Of a stretch of 64,000 nucleotides of DNA, positions 37,655 through 50,087 are shown piece by piece. Positions within the stretch are counted from its first letter, which is position 1, and the number at the start of each line of letters is the position of its first letter. Below the pieces are notes generated by a model that worked only from the letters and a program-made list of their open reading frames with translations, had not been told where the DNA came from and searched no databases. Origin of the DNA: Microthyrium microscopicum (taxonomy: Eukaryota); NCBI GenBank assembly GCA_010405405.1, contig MU004236.1:2300070-2364069 (forward strand), written 5' to 3'. The position numbers and the translations under genes are program-made.

Positions 37655-40358
37655 CTATCGTCGGCCAGTGATTGCCTCTGGTAGCCAACTAGTTTTCGTC
37701 GTCTCTGTCTCCAACTCCGGCTCAAACCGCTCTATTGGTATCCCAGCGCGCAGCGGATCCGTGTACGTCTCGACGGTTGACTGCTCTGAAGGTTCACTTG
37801 GTGGAGTGAGGATCCCTGACTTCGTATCCAACGAGCTCTTCTCTTCTCCATTGCGCTCCTCCATGCGCGCAAAGCGGCTTCCTGGTGCTGGACTCGAAGT
37901 TGTTGAAGGCACATTAAAATTCGTCATCGCTCCAAAGTTCGCCATTGCTTCTGGCGTTCCCTCTGCCAGAGATTCCGCAGTTGGTCCGGGTGGTGCGGTC
38001 GTGCCAAAGCTGGTATTACTACTTCCCAGGTTTGTAACCTCAGCACTACTGGATGGATCCGTGGAGTCTGTAGCTGCAGTTTGATCTGACAAGGGCCCAC
38101 CGCGCCCCATGGCACTCTCGTTGTTCATTTCAGCCTCCGTCCTACCGAGGAGTTCATGCCACCAGCGCACATCTTCCGGGTTCGGTTGAATTAGGCTTTT
38201 ACGATTGTCATCGTATTCGTCAATGACAGGATCGTACTCTTTGTTGATAAAATTTGCTCGTTTCTGCAAAAAGTAGCCCCATACGCTGGCAGTGCGTTCT
38301 TTGGCGCGATACTCCTTACGCTCACGCTCGTTATTGAAAAGAAAATTTCCATATTGACAGGAACTTTGATGGTAATACAGACGTCGAAGGAAGTGCGGAG
38401 TGAATTCGAAGCGGGTTGGATTTTGGCGTATCAATTGGTATACGCAGTCCAGGAATTGAAGAAAGACGGGACTGACCTAGTATTGTCAGTTTGGTATCAT
38501 AATTGTCCAAATGGCCAAATGTTGATACTGCTTGAGCAGCTGCCAGGCAGATCTCAAGAAGTAGTCGGCTACAAAGCTATGGATTGCAGATGTTGTCTTT
38601 TGGGGAAATGAACTTACCTCTCCAGGCAGAGTCGTCATCTTTGCATCCTTGGCTAGAGCTTTATTAGCCGCTTCTTGGGCGGCCTCGTCTATCTCATCTT
38701 CATTGCGGCGGCGAAAGAAGCCTTGCGCTTTTGCGATTGCGCTTTCGAAAGCGTTTGATTCAGGTTCCTGGAACTCCAGACTGTCTTCAGTGTTTCGAGA
38801 TTGGCGATTGGCAACCCTCTCATTCTCGATTTCAAACCACTTCTCGTGGCTCAAAAGTCCAGATCGCAGCCGAAACATGTAGCCAAAGGACATCCAATCT
38901 TTCTCAACCAAGACCATGAAACCTTCCATTGTGCGGTAATAGGGGTCCAAGCAGAGTTGTGCTAAAGCACTGAGTTGACTGGTTCGGTCCCAGCCGTCAG
39001 AGCAATGAACCAAAACGTGTGAGTGTTTGAGAGCGATTGTGTCTGCTATTTCTTTGGCGCCAAAAAGGATGCGACTGATGTATCCTCTCCATTTACTTTT
39101 TTCCAAGTGTTGGTACAGTGGAGGAAGAGTGGTTAAATCAGAGTCCTTTAAAGCTTCGACTACTTGGTCTAAAGATCTGCGCATGGTGTGAATGTTGTCG
39201 ATATTGAGAAAGTATTTCCGAGCGCCAGGATATCCGTCCATGTTTTCTGATCCGTAGCCGGTGGCATGCTGTGCAAGCGCATTGACCTGTGGTCTTGCGT
39301 CAAAGATGGCATTGGTTTGTTGAGCGCCATATATCTTGCCAATAATGGCTGTAGGACCATTCGTTGTGGAAACATTCATAGTGTCTCCAGATTCTCGAGC
39401 GCTTGGAGTGGTGACTTGCATAAAGTCAACGCCGTCTGTAATGTTATTAAGATTGGTTAGATCGGTTGTCTGTTGGGGAGGAGTTGGAGTATTAGTGCCC
39501 GATCGAGGGGCGTGTCCGGGCTTTGTGCTTTGAAAGATGGCATTTACAAGTTTTTCGTCCTGAGGACTTCTGCTATTGCGAATACCAGCGGCTGGTTGGG
39601 AGCTTCTTGTGATGGTGCACTTGTTCATGGCGTGCATATAAGAGAGCGCGGGTATTCGAGCTTTAGACCTGAATCCTGCCATATGCTTCAGAGTCGTATC
39701 TGAGATACCCGAAGGGACCACAAGGAGAGCTGGGTATGTACTTGAGTACTACTTTGGTCAGCTTAATTCTCTTCGAGTCAGGGGGGTCATGCCTCAAATT
39801 TAGAGTTGATCTCCGATATCCGCCAACCACTATCCTTACTCTTTCCAGATATTCCCATTCGCGCAAACTCTCTACGCGGATCGTAGATATCCCAGCCCTT
39901 GTACTGTCGTTCACTACTCGAGTTAAAGGTGAAAGCCATGAGCTGATCAACATGGGTGAGTTTGCATGTTGAGCGTTTTATAGTGTCGTAAATCTCACGG
40001 GCTTCTCGTTCTTCTTCAAAGTGAAAGGCTATATATGTAAAATCGCGACATCGTAGCCTTATTTGGGCAGGTAGATGAGAAGCTGGAGGGGATGGCCGGT
40101 AGTGGCAGAAGTTGATCATGGGATAAGGTATCCAGGTCTCGCGGAAGGTCTGCTCGGGTTTCGGCGATGGTGTAGAATCGTCATTTTGCGGAATTGGGTA
40201 CTTGAATGTGATGTGATGGTCCTTCATGAGCAATTCGCCGGACAGTGACTTTCCCTGCCTCCAGCATTTGACCTTCTCAGCCTATAACCCCAACGTTAGC
40301 TACGATCATGTTAGCATTTAGAGCCGTAGTATACTTTTGCTCGTTTTATTCTCTCCAT
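37655..40358 (-). CDS. YMR1: Myotubularin-family phosphoinositide 3-phosphatase; 3 introns
   Basis: Catalytic VHCSDGWDRT, FRSKARIPALSY, FDARPQVNA, LVEKDWMSFG and SPVFLQFLDCVYQL. Confidence 0.93.
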
Positions 40359-41302
40359 GATAGTATGTGTGTGGAAGATGAGGGTGTGGCAACTATTGTT
40401 GTTGATAGCAGCCTGGGTGCGGTTGACAGCGGAGGTAGTGTGGGTAGTGTGGGGCGTTTGCGCGCAGCTGGCAATTGAGCGAATTGGTGGGATAGTGAAG
40501 TGACAGTAAAGAATAGACGGGACGAGTGTAGGAGTATTATGGAGATTTGGATAGAGTACTGAAGTAGTAGAAGACTCGAGGCAGTCCAGAATATGGGAGA
40601 GTTAGAGATCTGGAAGAGCGCATATGCACGGCAGGCATCATGGACAACACCTTGCTGCGTTGGGCAGGCGCGCTCGAATCTCGAGGCTGAAAAGTGGCAG
40701 GAGCACAGAAGCAATAGTGGGGCTTGTACCTATTCCCTCCATGCGGTGTTAGCGGCATTACCACTTTAGCAGTCAGCTATTTTTATATCGCCATTCCCAG
40801 ACATAAAATAGCTGGAATCCATGGTAGATTATACCTATGTATATATACCCTGTAGGTATAAAGGCATACATATGTGCTCTCAAGTGTGTTCAGTCAATTG
40901 AGAGCTATAAACTGTAACTCAAGTGGGCTGGGACTTGGTATAATAAAGCCGCCATCATGCTCATCCTTCACCCTAGACAATTAAGGATCAAATCCAAAAG
41001 CTGCCATTCATCTAGGGAGAGCGTTTCCAATGTTTGAGTCGTGACTATGCTTGTGCTCTAATGTCCTGAATATGTGTATAGCGGAAAGGTATGGGCGGCG
41101 CTAAGCGCGCTTAAGCATATGACCCCTGTCAACTCTTTGGTGCTTCTTGTTCCTCTCACCTCACACTGCGCGACAACTAAGAACCAACAAGAACAAAACA
41201 TCGCTACTTTCATTTAATTCTCCATCTTTATCCTCCAGTCTCCTCTTTTCCTGTTTGGAACTGTGATTACTTGGCCTCGTAAGCATCTCCTTCCCTTAAG
41301 CC

Positions 41303-42828
41303 ATGTCCGACAGCCACAGAGTCAAGCGACTGCGACGGCTCAGTACAGAAGAAAGCACAACTGATGGCTCAGACGCTTGGATGCCGAGCACCAGGTAAGC
41401 AAGCAAACTTGAACCTCCCTCCCTTTGTCCATTGCCACTACCACCTCCTCCCTACCTACTACCAGAGCCATGGTCACACATCACCTGCCTGTCTTCCCCA
41501 AAGCTGGCAAGCGCTACCAAGCTATTTCCACTAAGGCCTCCATCGCAATCATTGCCAGCGATCAGTTCTTGTGTCACCACAAACTTGCTTATTCAATCCC
41601 ACAAATACTTCCTACATCCAATCTGTGATCATCCATCTTGCGGACACAATTCAAGATGGTTAGCACTCGCCGATCCGGCCGACTGACTGTCCCCAGTACT
41701 CCTAGACCAAATGCTACCACCACTGGCCGGCCCAGAAGAGCCGCTGCGGCTGCCGCCGCTCCTATCATCGATGACTCGCCTCCCGAGAGAACTCCAAAGC
41801 GCGCAACTGTCAAAGGTCCCAGCAAACTGAATCAGGTTACCACTGGCCGTGCCACACGAGGCAGCGGTGGAAGAGCTGCTAGGCGCAAGCCAATCGTCGA
41901 AGAGAGTTCCAGTGAAGCCGAGGACGAAGCCGAGGAGGAAGAACCTGATCAAGACGAGGACGCTGAAGGTGATGAAGACGAAGACGAAGAAATGGTAGAC
42001 GCCGAAGAAGAACCCGAGGAAGACGATGAAGAAGACGCGGAAGGCGAGGAGGATGAAGAGATGGAAGATGCACCCCCTCCGCCAGTCATTCACAAGAAAG
42101 CTGCGCCACCAGCTGCTCCAATCCAAGCTAAGGCAGCTGAAGATTCCGACGATGAACTTTCATCGCTCGCCAGCATGGACGAAGACGAGGATGCAGAGGG
42201 TGAAGAAGACGCAGAGGGTGAAGAGGACGTAGGTGGCGAGCCTGCTGAAGAGGATGACATGGAAGATGCAGAAGGCGAATCAGATGAAGAGAACGACAGT
42301 GATGGCACTCCGGTTTCTGGTAGTCGTGACGATACACCAGATCTCAGCAAGCTCACAAGGCGACAACGCGCCGCGTATGAAGACCTAGATGGCAGTCTCA
42401 TGGCATTGTCAAACGAAGCACAAAAGAAGAAACATCTCACAGCGGAAGAGTACGCTATGCGAAGAGCTGAAATGGCACGTCGTCGAAAGAACCTGAGCGA
42501 GAAGCGGAACGAAGAAGAAAAGGCATGTTGGTTCAAATTTGACATACTACACTAGTCGCTAACTTTTCTGCAGATGGACACCATCAACCGACTACTGAAG
42601 AAACAAGCACCCAAGAGACGGCGCAAAACTGACATGGGCGAAGACGAAGACGCCCCTGAATATCGCGCCCCCGTTTCTTTTGTTCGTACTATTCAAACTG
42701 TGGAAGGAACTCGAGTCGCGTATCCAGACGGCTGGCTTGAAGCACCATTGGGCGCCATTCTCAAAAACAGCGTCAAATCAACTGCGCACTCGGGACTCCA
42801 GCCAATGGTTCAGGTGGTAGAAGACTGA
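41303..42828 (+). CDS. IES2: INO80 complex subunit Ies2/INO80B (PAPA-1 domain)
   Basis: An acidic tract is followed by LTAEEYAMRRAEMARRRKNLSEKRNEEEK/MDTINRLLKKQAPK. Probable exon 1 is 41303-41394 with intron 41395-41696; GC-AG intron 42523-42573; alternative ATG at 41656. Confidence 0.88.
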
Positions 42829-43320
42829 TCGTCTACGAATGGATGATTCTTTTGCACTTTGGGTGTGGCTAGGATTGTGATTCTCACTTTACGAAGTGAG
42901 CTGGCATACGGAGGTATACATTGGATATATCCAAGAAGACGTGTTGTATACTACTCTTATTACTTTGGACAATCAATTCCAATTTTTTTGAATTCTTCTT
43001 TCGCGTCTGAATGAAGATACGGTAATCGCAAGCTGATGTGTTCTCATTACCGCCATCTTACTGCACCAAACTTAACATTTTCGAAACCACCTTGAGCATA
43101 TAGATGTGCAATTTGTTATAAACTACAAAAATATGATTATGACTTTCAAAATTGTCCGAAACTTGTCCATCTTATCTACAAAATACTAAGAGATATTGCT
43201 TCGTCCTACATTACTACTAGCGCTTACCTCCAACTTCAGTCCATGAAACCATCAACATTTCAAACCAACATTGAAACATCCCAACATCATACCTCTCAAC
43301 TCCCAATCCTTTCTCAAATA

Positions 43321-44109
43321 ATGTCCTCCCAACCCGAGCAAAATGACACTCCCGTCGAAACAGCTTCCCCATCCTCTACTCAAACAATAATCCCAACACT
43401 CCACATCCTCTCCTCCTCTCAAGCCTTTCGCACCCTCTGGCTCCTCGAAGAAATCGCCCTCGCCCACCCAAACTTCCAATTCTACATCTCCAAAATCGCC
43501 CGCCACATGCCTCCCTACCCGGAACTCGGAAAGATTCATCCCCTCGGAAAATCACCCATCCTTACGCTCACTACCACCGATTCCTCACCCCTTCCATGTC
43601 CGCAAATACATCCAGGCGTCCTCACAGAATCGAGGCTAATACTTCTCTACCTCACACAAACCTTCGCACCAGACTTATTTATTCCGGAGGCGAAGGATTT
43701 AGAAAGAGACACATTCTTCCAAGAATTCGCAAATAGCACATTCGCTTCCCGCACGACGTTTAGTGTGCTTTTTCAATCTCCGGGGGATGTAATGCCATGG
43801 GGAATATCTCACATTTGGCGTGCGATTACAAGTCCTATCCTTTCTCATTTCCACAAAGATGATCTAGTGATGTATGCATATCTGGAGGAGCAGCTTAGTG
43901 AGGAAAAGCCGTGGTTTGGCGGGGCTAGGATTGGGCTGAGTGATTTCAATGCTAGTTGGGCGATGGATAACGCGCATGCGAGGGGTTATTTTGATGGAGC
44001 GAAGTGGCCGAGACTGGAGAAGTGGAGGAAGATGTATACGGAAAGGGAGGGGTATAGGAGGGCGCTGGAGAAGGGTGGGAAGTATGATTTGAGTACGAGT
44101 CGTTGGTGA
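43321..44109 (+). CDS. Glutathione S-transferase, GTT1-like, intronless
   Basis: LHILSSSQAFRTLWLLEE, IHPLGKSPIL, LTESRLILLYL, WFGGARIGLSDF and REGYRRALEKGG. Confidence 0.85.
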   Translation: MSSQPEQNDTPVETASPSSTQTIIPTLHILSSSQAFRTLWLLEEIALAHPNFQFYISKIARHMPPYPELGKIHPLGKSPILTLTTTDSSPLPCPQIHPGVLTESRLILLYLTQTFAPDLFIPEAKDLERDTFFQEFANSTFASRTTFSVLFQSPGDVMPWGISHIWRAITSPILSHFHKDDLVMYAYLEEQLSEEKPWFGGARIGLSDFNASWAMDNAHARGYFDGAKWPRLEKWRKMYTEREGYRRALEKGGKYDLSTSRW

Positions 44110-45328
44110 GGTGGTTGGAAGGTAGGTTGTATTATATGCAGTGGTGTCATATGAGGGGGCCACGATGAATGGCGTGGAAAGAAGCTTCCATTGACAATGA
44201 AATGTGACAATCGTGCTAACTTCTGCATGATCGCGAGCGAAGTCTTGTAACGGAAAGGCTTTTAGTTGACATTGGGAAGTTCATACTTGATATATTGACA
44301 AAAGCTCACTTATAGCTGGTGATCATCCACGTTGTGGGTCAGTTAGTTCCTAACCAGTTGATGGCCGTGGCCATGGACTGACCAGAACAACTGAGATTAT
44401 GCTTGGGGGAATATCACACTCAATACCAAAGTGTGGGAGATGGCAAGTCTCGAGGCCTATGGGAGCATGCTCTTTGTTATACTCACTTTATGCAGCGAGT
44501 CAAATCCATTTGCCGATTTGAAGTTGTTTCGCGCTCGATGTCTGTTTGTCGTTCCGTGCACATGGAGTGTACGCTCAAACATGCTGAAAACCATGAACAT
44601 TTGGCGATTCGTAGTAGTGTTCATTCTTTGCCATGTTCAAGTCGCTCTGTGAAAAGTATGACGAGCTTTTGTTCATGGTAGTCGAGACAAACTATTCCAC
44701 TACCTCGAACTGTCTAGGAAAGTTTGCAAGCTGCTAGATTTTATACTCCTGAATTTCTGAAGTTGGATCAGCAGGCCATCCCATCAAACCAGTGAGAAAG
44801 TGAACGGCACTCTCCTATCGGCTGCGCTGGCTCCCATCAGCACCAATAAGCGAAAGATACTATATTTGCCATTGCATTCGACGTTGTATCTCTGAAAATA
44901 TGCCAATCTACCGGGAGATATAGCATAAGGGAGTTAAGCTCAGAATAAGAAAACATAGTACATCATGGGCGTGTGCCACTTGTTTCGTCGCCTTCTTGGC
45001 TGTCCCCTTGGCTTGGATCACGATCTTGCTTCATGTAGAGTGAATATTACAGCAGCCCCAAGTATAGGTAGACTGAAAGGGTTGATTATGCCATATTTTG
45101 TTCTATCAGAGATGGAGAAGGATTTGCCTACAATATAAATCCCAGGCGAAAACTGCCAGAAAGTTGCAGTGACAACTACTAAAATGATCTATACTGGAGC
45201 CAAAAAGAAGACAATAAATCCTAGATACTCCACATATGTTACAAGAAGGAGAGCACCATTCATCTGGTTCATCCAATTGGGATCACCTCTTCCTCTTGCA
45301 TTACAGTATAATCTTTTCAACTCTTACC

Positions 45329-45727
45329 ATGAGGTTATTGGATTCCACCTCGCTGTGGCTACTATCCTTCATTGGCTCCTCTCAAGCACATCACTCAGAT
45401 CTTAAAAGTGCGCAATCCTATGAAAAGCTAAGCACCATGAACAAACGAAGTTCTGAGCCAGGCTATACACCGTCATATATAACCACAGAACATAAGAGTG
45501 GACAGATTTCAAGTCCCGTTGGGCCAGGACCAGTAGAGTCGAAAACCAAGGAGCCACCACGATGGCCGGATGGATCACAAGCTTGCAATGTGCGCGGCGC
45601 ACCACTATGTGAACATGACACCATCTGTGTTCAGGTTTCAACCATGCGAAATCTGCCAGACACACCGCGAAAGTGCGTTCCAAAAGATCAGGTACCGCAA
45701 GACGGGGTACAGAGCTTGAGGTCGTGA
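45329..45727 (+). CDS. Small secreted Cys-containing protein (132 aa)
   Basis: Hydrophobic N-terminus ending SQA, dibasic KR at residues 39-40, a Ser/Pro/Thr linker, and four Cys in the C-terminal third. Confidence 0.6.
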   Translation: MRLLDSTSLWLLSFIGSSQAHHSDLKSAQSYEKLSTMNKRSSEPGYTPSYITTEHKSGQISSPVGPGPVESKTKEPPRWPDGSQACNVRGAPLCEHDTICVQVSTMRNLPDTPRKCVPKDQVPQDGVQSLRS

Positions 45728-45952
45728 AGGGAGCAAGAGAAGAAACTAGTGTGTGATTATCGGAAAGCCAAGCTGGCAATGGTCATGCTTAACAAAGATA
45801 ATGGTGGGAGTGTTTGCCACAGTGTGTCAGTAGGAAGTTCATGTGGATGTTTGCAAGTTTTGACTTCAGTGACTATAGACACTGGTACGAAACCAACTTT
45901 TCTGTTTTAAGGATGTCAGGCTCATTTACAATCTCGCTTTCTCAGCTGATTG

Positions 45953-46918
45953 TCAACTTTTTCTGGCGATAATCTTCTCCAAAAAGTCAAATCCTAGCCG
46001 CTGTCGTTCCCAGGTGGCATCTCCTTTCACCATTTTCATGGAGAATGTATGCTCCGCGCCCTCGACTTCGACCATCTCAGACTCGACTCCAGCATCTTGA
46101 AGCTTTTTGAAAAGAGCGTGGCTCAGATGAATTGGTACACTTACATCTGCTGTGCCATGTACGATCATAGTCGGAGGAAAGTCGCTTGTTACGTTGAGAA
46201 CCGGGTCAACCTTTTGATATCCTTCTGTTTCTCCTTTTGGATATATCGCTTTAACGACTCCTCCGCGAGACATGGTTGAAAATGTGAAAGCTTGTCTTGG
46301 GTCTGAGAAGTCCGGAGGTAGAGCCTGTCCTTCCAGTCCAACTCCTGCAGTTGTCGGTATTGGCTTTATGTCAAACACTTTTTGCGCTAGATCAAGGTCT
46401 ATTTTGACTCCGGGAGGCGTCCTGTCTTCCTGCTTCTTCCTCCATGACTGATCTGAAAATGATGCTGGAGAGTACTGGTCGTAAATTGCCACCACTTTGC
46501 GCGGGACATCATAGCCTAGACTAAGCGCTAGATGTCCGCCAGAGCTTGTGCCAAAAGACATGACTTTATCTTTGTTCACAGAAACTTCTAGGCCGGCATT
46601 TTTGAGCTCCTTATCGAGATTGCCGTCGTAAATCCAGGCTAGAAAGTCACGAATGTCTGTCATCGGACCTTCGAGTACGTCCACCTGAGGACACAAGCGG
46701 TGATTGGGAGAAACAACAATCCATTTTCGATCTAGACAGTCCTTGATCTGGTCTTTGTTGATCATGCTACTGGCTCCCACCATCCAGGCACCTCCATGAA
46801 TGATGATAAGGCATGGTAAACTTCCGGTTTCCTGAGGTGGGACGTAGATATCTGCAGTGATCTTGCTTCCATCAATTTCCTTGTATAAGGCCGTGATATC
46901 TGGAGAGATAGAGATCAT
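45953..46918 (-). CDS. Alpha/beta hydrolase (HGG-type esterase), intronless, no signal peptide
   Basis: IHGGAW oxyanion motif, GTSSG nucleophile elbow, HGTAD acid and AEHTF His. Confidence 0.9.
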   Translation of the reverse strand: MISISPDITALYKEIDGSKITADIYVPPQETGSLPCLIIIHGGAWMVGASSMINKDQIKDCLDRKWIVVSPNHRLCPQVDVLEGPMTDIRDFLAWIYDGNLDKELKNAGLEVSVNKDKVMSFGTSSGGHLALSLGYDVPRKVVAIYDQYSPASFSDQSWRKKQEDRTPPGVKIDLDLAQKVFDIKPIPTTAGVGLEGQALPPDFSDPRQAFTFSTMSRGGVVKAIYPKGETEGYQKVDPVLNVTSDFPPTMIVHGTADVSVPIHLSHALFKKLQDAGVESEMVEVEGAEHTFSMKMVKGDATWERQRLGFDFLEKIIARKS

Positions 46919-47220
46919 TTTGTGCGAATTGAAGTTCCTTGGCTTTGAAGAATTGTTTATCTGCAGTTCAGATAGAAGTGAACAATCGTCGAAAAGTGTT
47001 GTGTTGAAGTAGATCTGAGACTAGGACTTCAGATAAAGATGGCCAGCATGGCTTGTGCGATCATGCTGTGTTCGTAAGGAAACCTTGGAACTGTATCAAT
47101 TCCCACCACTCCCTAACCTCTCCACAAGCTAAAAAGCTATGAAGGTACTTTTGCTTTCTTATTTGTCAGTTTAAAAGCCGTGATGCCGGGTAAATCGACT
47201 TCTTACCTCGGGGCTGGACT

Positions 47221-47264
47221 CGGAAAACATCCGATAGCGCCAACAGGAATACTCGGCATGTCCG
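47221..47264. promoter_or_regulatory. Putative Zn2Cys6 sites (CGG-N7-CCG and CGG-N5-CCG) in the esterase/cupin divergent promoter
   Basis: CGGaaaacatCCG at 47221 and CGGcatgtCCG at 47254; the same pair occurs at 53454-53485. Confidence 0.45.
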
Positions 47265-47525
47265 ACTCATAGGGAATTGGTCGACTTTACATGCAACAAG
47301 GATAACTCAAGACAAACTAGTTACTAGCAGCTACATTTTGTGGGGTAATTCTTCCTCAGACTTGAGGCTATATCAAGGGTCTTAAACACTTGCGGTGCGG
47401 CATGTCAATCGTGCATATCTTCCACTTGCGGAGAGCTTCGAGATACGTGTGCAGACGCTATTTCTCCCAAATTGGCACGACGAAATCATTCAGTGCGATT
47501 ATCCCATTAACTGCCACTTGTAGCC

Positions 47526-48647
47526 ATGGCCTCAGCTGGGAAAGGAAGTCTGAAGTGGACCACGGAGCCGGCAACAGGAGAGAGTTATGTTGTCTCAAAC
47601 TTTGAAGGCGAACGAGTAACTATTCCTGGCAGCAAAACTGTCTATCGCATTCTCGCATCTTCGAAACAGACTCAAGGAAAGATCGCTGTCTTCACAACCG
47701 GAGGAGTTGCTGGAGATGCGCCCGGCTTCCACTATCATAACGAAGCGCACGATGTGTTTCTTATAACGAAAGGATTCTTGAAGTTATGGAACGGCGATAA
47801 ATGCAGAATTCTGGGGCCTGGTGACTTTGCATACATTCCACCTGTAAGTAAAACATTTGCTTCTCCGGTTACCAACAGATGTGGAGTCTTACAAAGTCTT
47901 CAGACGATAATTCACAACCCCGAGCCTCTGGGGCCGCATACTGAGACATTTGGCTTGGTCGCTCCGGGAGATTGGATTGATTTCTTTCGATATATTGGCG
48001 AACCATATTCGGGCACAGTAACTGCTGAATTTGACAATCGCAATATCAAGGAACATATCATGGGTAAGATGATGAAAGCCGATCGAGACTATGACGTCCA
48101 TTTTGTGCGCGATTATCATCCGCCGGAAGTGAAAGACTTTGATGAGAACGACTCCGTCATTCCTGAAGGACAGTCTCCCTACTATTTGAAGGCGAATACT
48201 GGACCAAGGTGGCTCGCTGGCAGTGTTCTATCTCGACCATTCGTCACAACTGCCCAAAACGGTGGGAAATTCGCGATAACAAGTCTGGAATCTTCAAAAG
48301 ACTATGAGTCTCGTGGAAATGTGTTTTCGCGATTTCTGACATTCAAGAATACGGATCATTGCTTCAGTGTTCAGGAAGGAGTCTTGATTGTAAAATTGAA
48401 AGACGGGGAGGAGCAGACTGTACGCGAAGGCGAAACTGCGGTTATACAGGCTGGGCAGAGCTTTTCCCTGTCCTTTGGCAGCAAATATGTTCGTGCTTGG
48501 TCAATTGCAAGTGGAGACGGTGTCGAGACCGTCATTCAAACCATTGGTAAGCCCTTTAAAGGCTTCGTACTGCCAGAAGAACCTCCCGAACTGGACGACT
48601 TAGAACTTGCTGAGACTTTGAAGAGTATCGGCGTAGATCTAGACTGA
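47526..48647 (+). CDS. Quercetin 2,3-dioxygenase-like bicupin, intracellular; one in-frame 60-nt intron
   Basis: PGFHYHNEAHDVF...LGPGDFAYIPP/TIIHNP metal site and YYLKANTGPRW...SRPF second cupin repeat. Intron 47844-47903. Confidence 0.85.
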   Translation: MASAGKGSLKWTTEPATGESYVVSNFEGERVTIPGSKTVYRILASSKQTQGKIAVFTTGGVAGDAPGFHYHNEAHDVFLITKGFLKLWNGDKCRILGPGDFAYIPPVSKTFASPVTNRCGVLQSLQTIIHNPEPLGPHTETFGLVAPGDWIDFFRYIGEPYSGTVTAEFDNRNIKEHIMGKMMKADRDYDVHFVRDYHPPEVKDFDENDSVIPEGQSPYYLKANTGPRWLAGSVLSRPFVTTAQNGGKFAITSLESSKDYESRGNVFSRFLTFKNTDHCFSVQEGVLIVKLKDGEEQTVREGETAVIQAGQSFSLSFGSKYVRAWSIASGDGVETVIQTIGKPFKGFVLPEEPPELDDLELAETLKSIGVDLD

Positions 48648-48703
48648 AAAAAAGCCGATCAAGACCAGACCTTTTACTGTATAACTTGAGTCGTTGAGAC
48701 CTT

Positions 48704-50087
48704 TCACATTGAATTCAACTCCCGACTATCGAGCCATAAAGACGTTGGCTTGGAAAAGTCGCGATCCCAGGCCCATTTTTTGTTCAATTCGGGAGCAAGC
48801 ATACCATCCAACATTTGAACAATATATTTACCCAGCACAGGAAAGAACTTGTATCCATGAAATGAGCCTCCAGTACCGATTGACAGTCCCTCACAACGAG
48901 GATGACGAGAGATGATGAAATCCTCATCTGGAGTCAAAGCATCCCTGTTGAGTTTCCTACTATCAGTAGACTGATCACAATGACTTGTACAAGGGGATTG
49001 AGAACTGACCAACAAAGGCGATATTTGCTCATCTTGAAATTCTTGCCTTTATCGCCAAATATTGATTCGTGTAGGTGCAGCATTTCCTTTTGCCTGCCAG
49101 CAGGTACATCCCATTGCTTGTTATCTTGTCCATCAGGTGGCGTGGAGAATCTACGACCTGATGAATGGGTCACCATGTTTGTGAATACGTTCATATTCCA
49201 GTATTTCATCTTTCTTTCTGATGGTAGAGGAATGCAACCGCCTAGGGCTCGTGAGTTTTGGACATACTTTTGTGACAAAAGAATCGTTCAGTACCTTTGG
49301 GATCATTTTCATGGCAGTACCCAGGAGCGCTGCCAAACAGATTGGCATCCTCTTCGTTAAGATCAGCCAAAGAAGATGGCATTGCCGCCGCAGTCAACCG
49401 GTGTCCAGCCTGGAGATCGTCTCGTTCCGGCGCAGTCTCTGCCAGAATTCTTGCAGTATGCGCTCCAGCGCAAAGTATAGTCTGTGAGGCTGAAATACTC
49501 CTGCCATCGATCAGTCGAACTCCTTTGCAAGTACCGTTGTCATCGATTTTGAGCGAAGTGGCTGCGCTGCATATGTACTGGACTCCAGCATTGGTGGCGG
49601 CCTGAGCTGCAGATTCCAAGGCTTCCTTAGCATAAGACCATCCTGAGTTCTTGTTCAGAAGAACCTCCTTGACTCCAGTGTAGTCAGCCTCAGAAAAGAT
49701 ACCACCGTGTAGTTTCTTTGTTTCTTCAACGGAAAGAAGATCGTAATCAATGTCCACTCCAAAATGCTTGTAGTTCTCGACCATTTGTCGCCCTGCTGTA
49801 CTTGTATCAACCCAAATGACGCCCTTTTCTTGAAAAAATGGTTTGAAGATAGGATCATTGCGCCAAAGATTCAATGCTTCTTGTCCAAGCTTCGCATAGA
49901 TTAGGTCAACATAATCTGAACGTATTATCTTATTCCAGTCCCAAGAGGCAGCCGAGTCGGAAGGAAAGGGCCGTCTGTCAATCAGGCTGATGGTGGCTCT
50001 GGGATATTTTCGAATAAGATGAAGAGCTGTGGAAGTGCCAAAAACACCGGCTCCGACAATAATATACGAGGATTTGTCAGTGGCCAT
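48704..50087 (-). CDS. FAD-dependent amine oxidase of the sarcosine/pipecolate/fructosyl-amine oxidase family; 2 introns
   Basis: IIVGAGVFGTSTA, AASWDWNKIIRSDY, YRLCW/DALTPDEDFII and TGGSFHGYKFFPVLG. Confidence 0.88.

Noticed and set aside
41629..42545. Hydrophobic and Ser-rich antisense ORFs over IES2 (and similar ORFs over SSE1, EFT2 and DCTN4)
   Set aside because: Shadow frames produced by codon bias and acidic repeats of the real genes.
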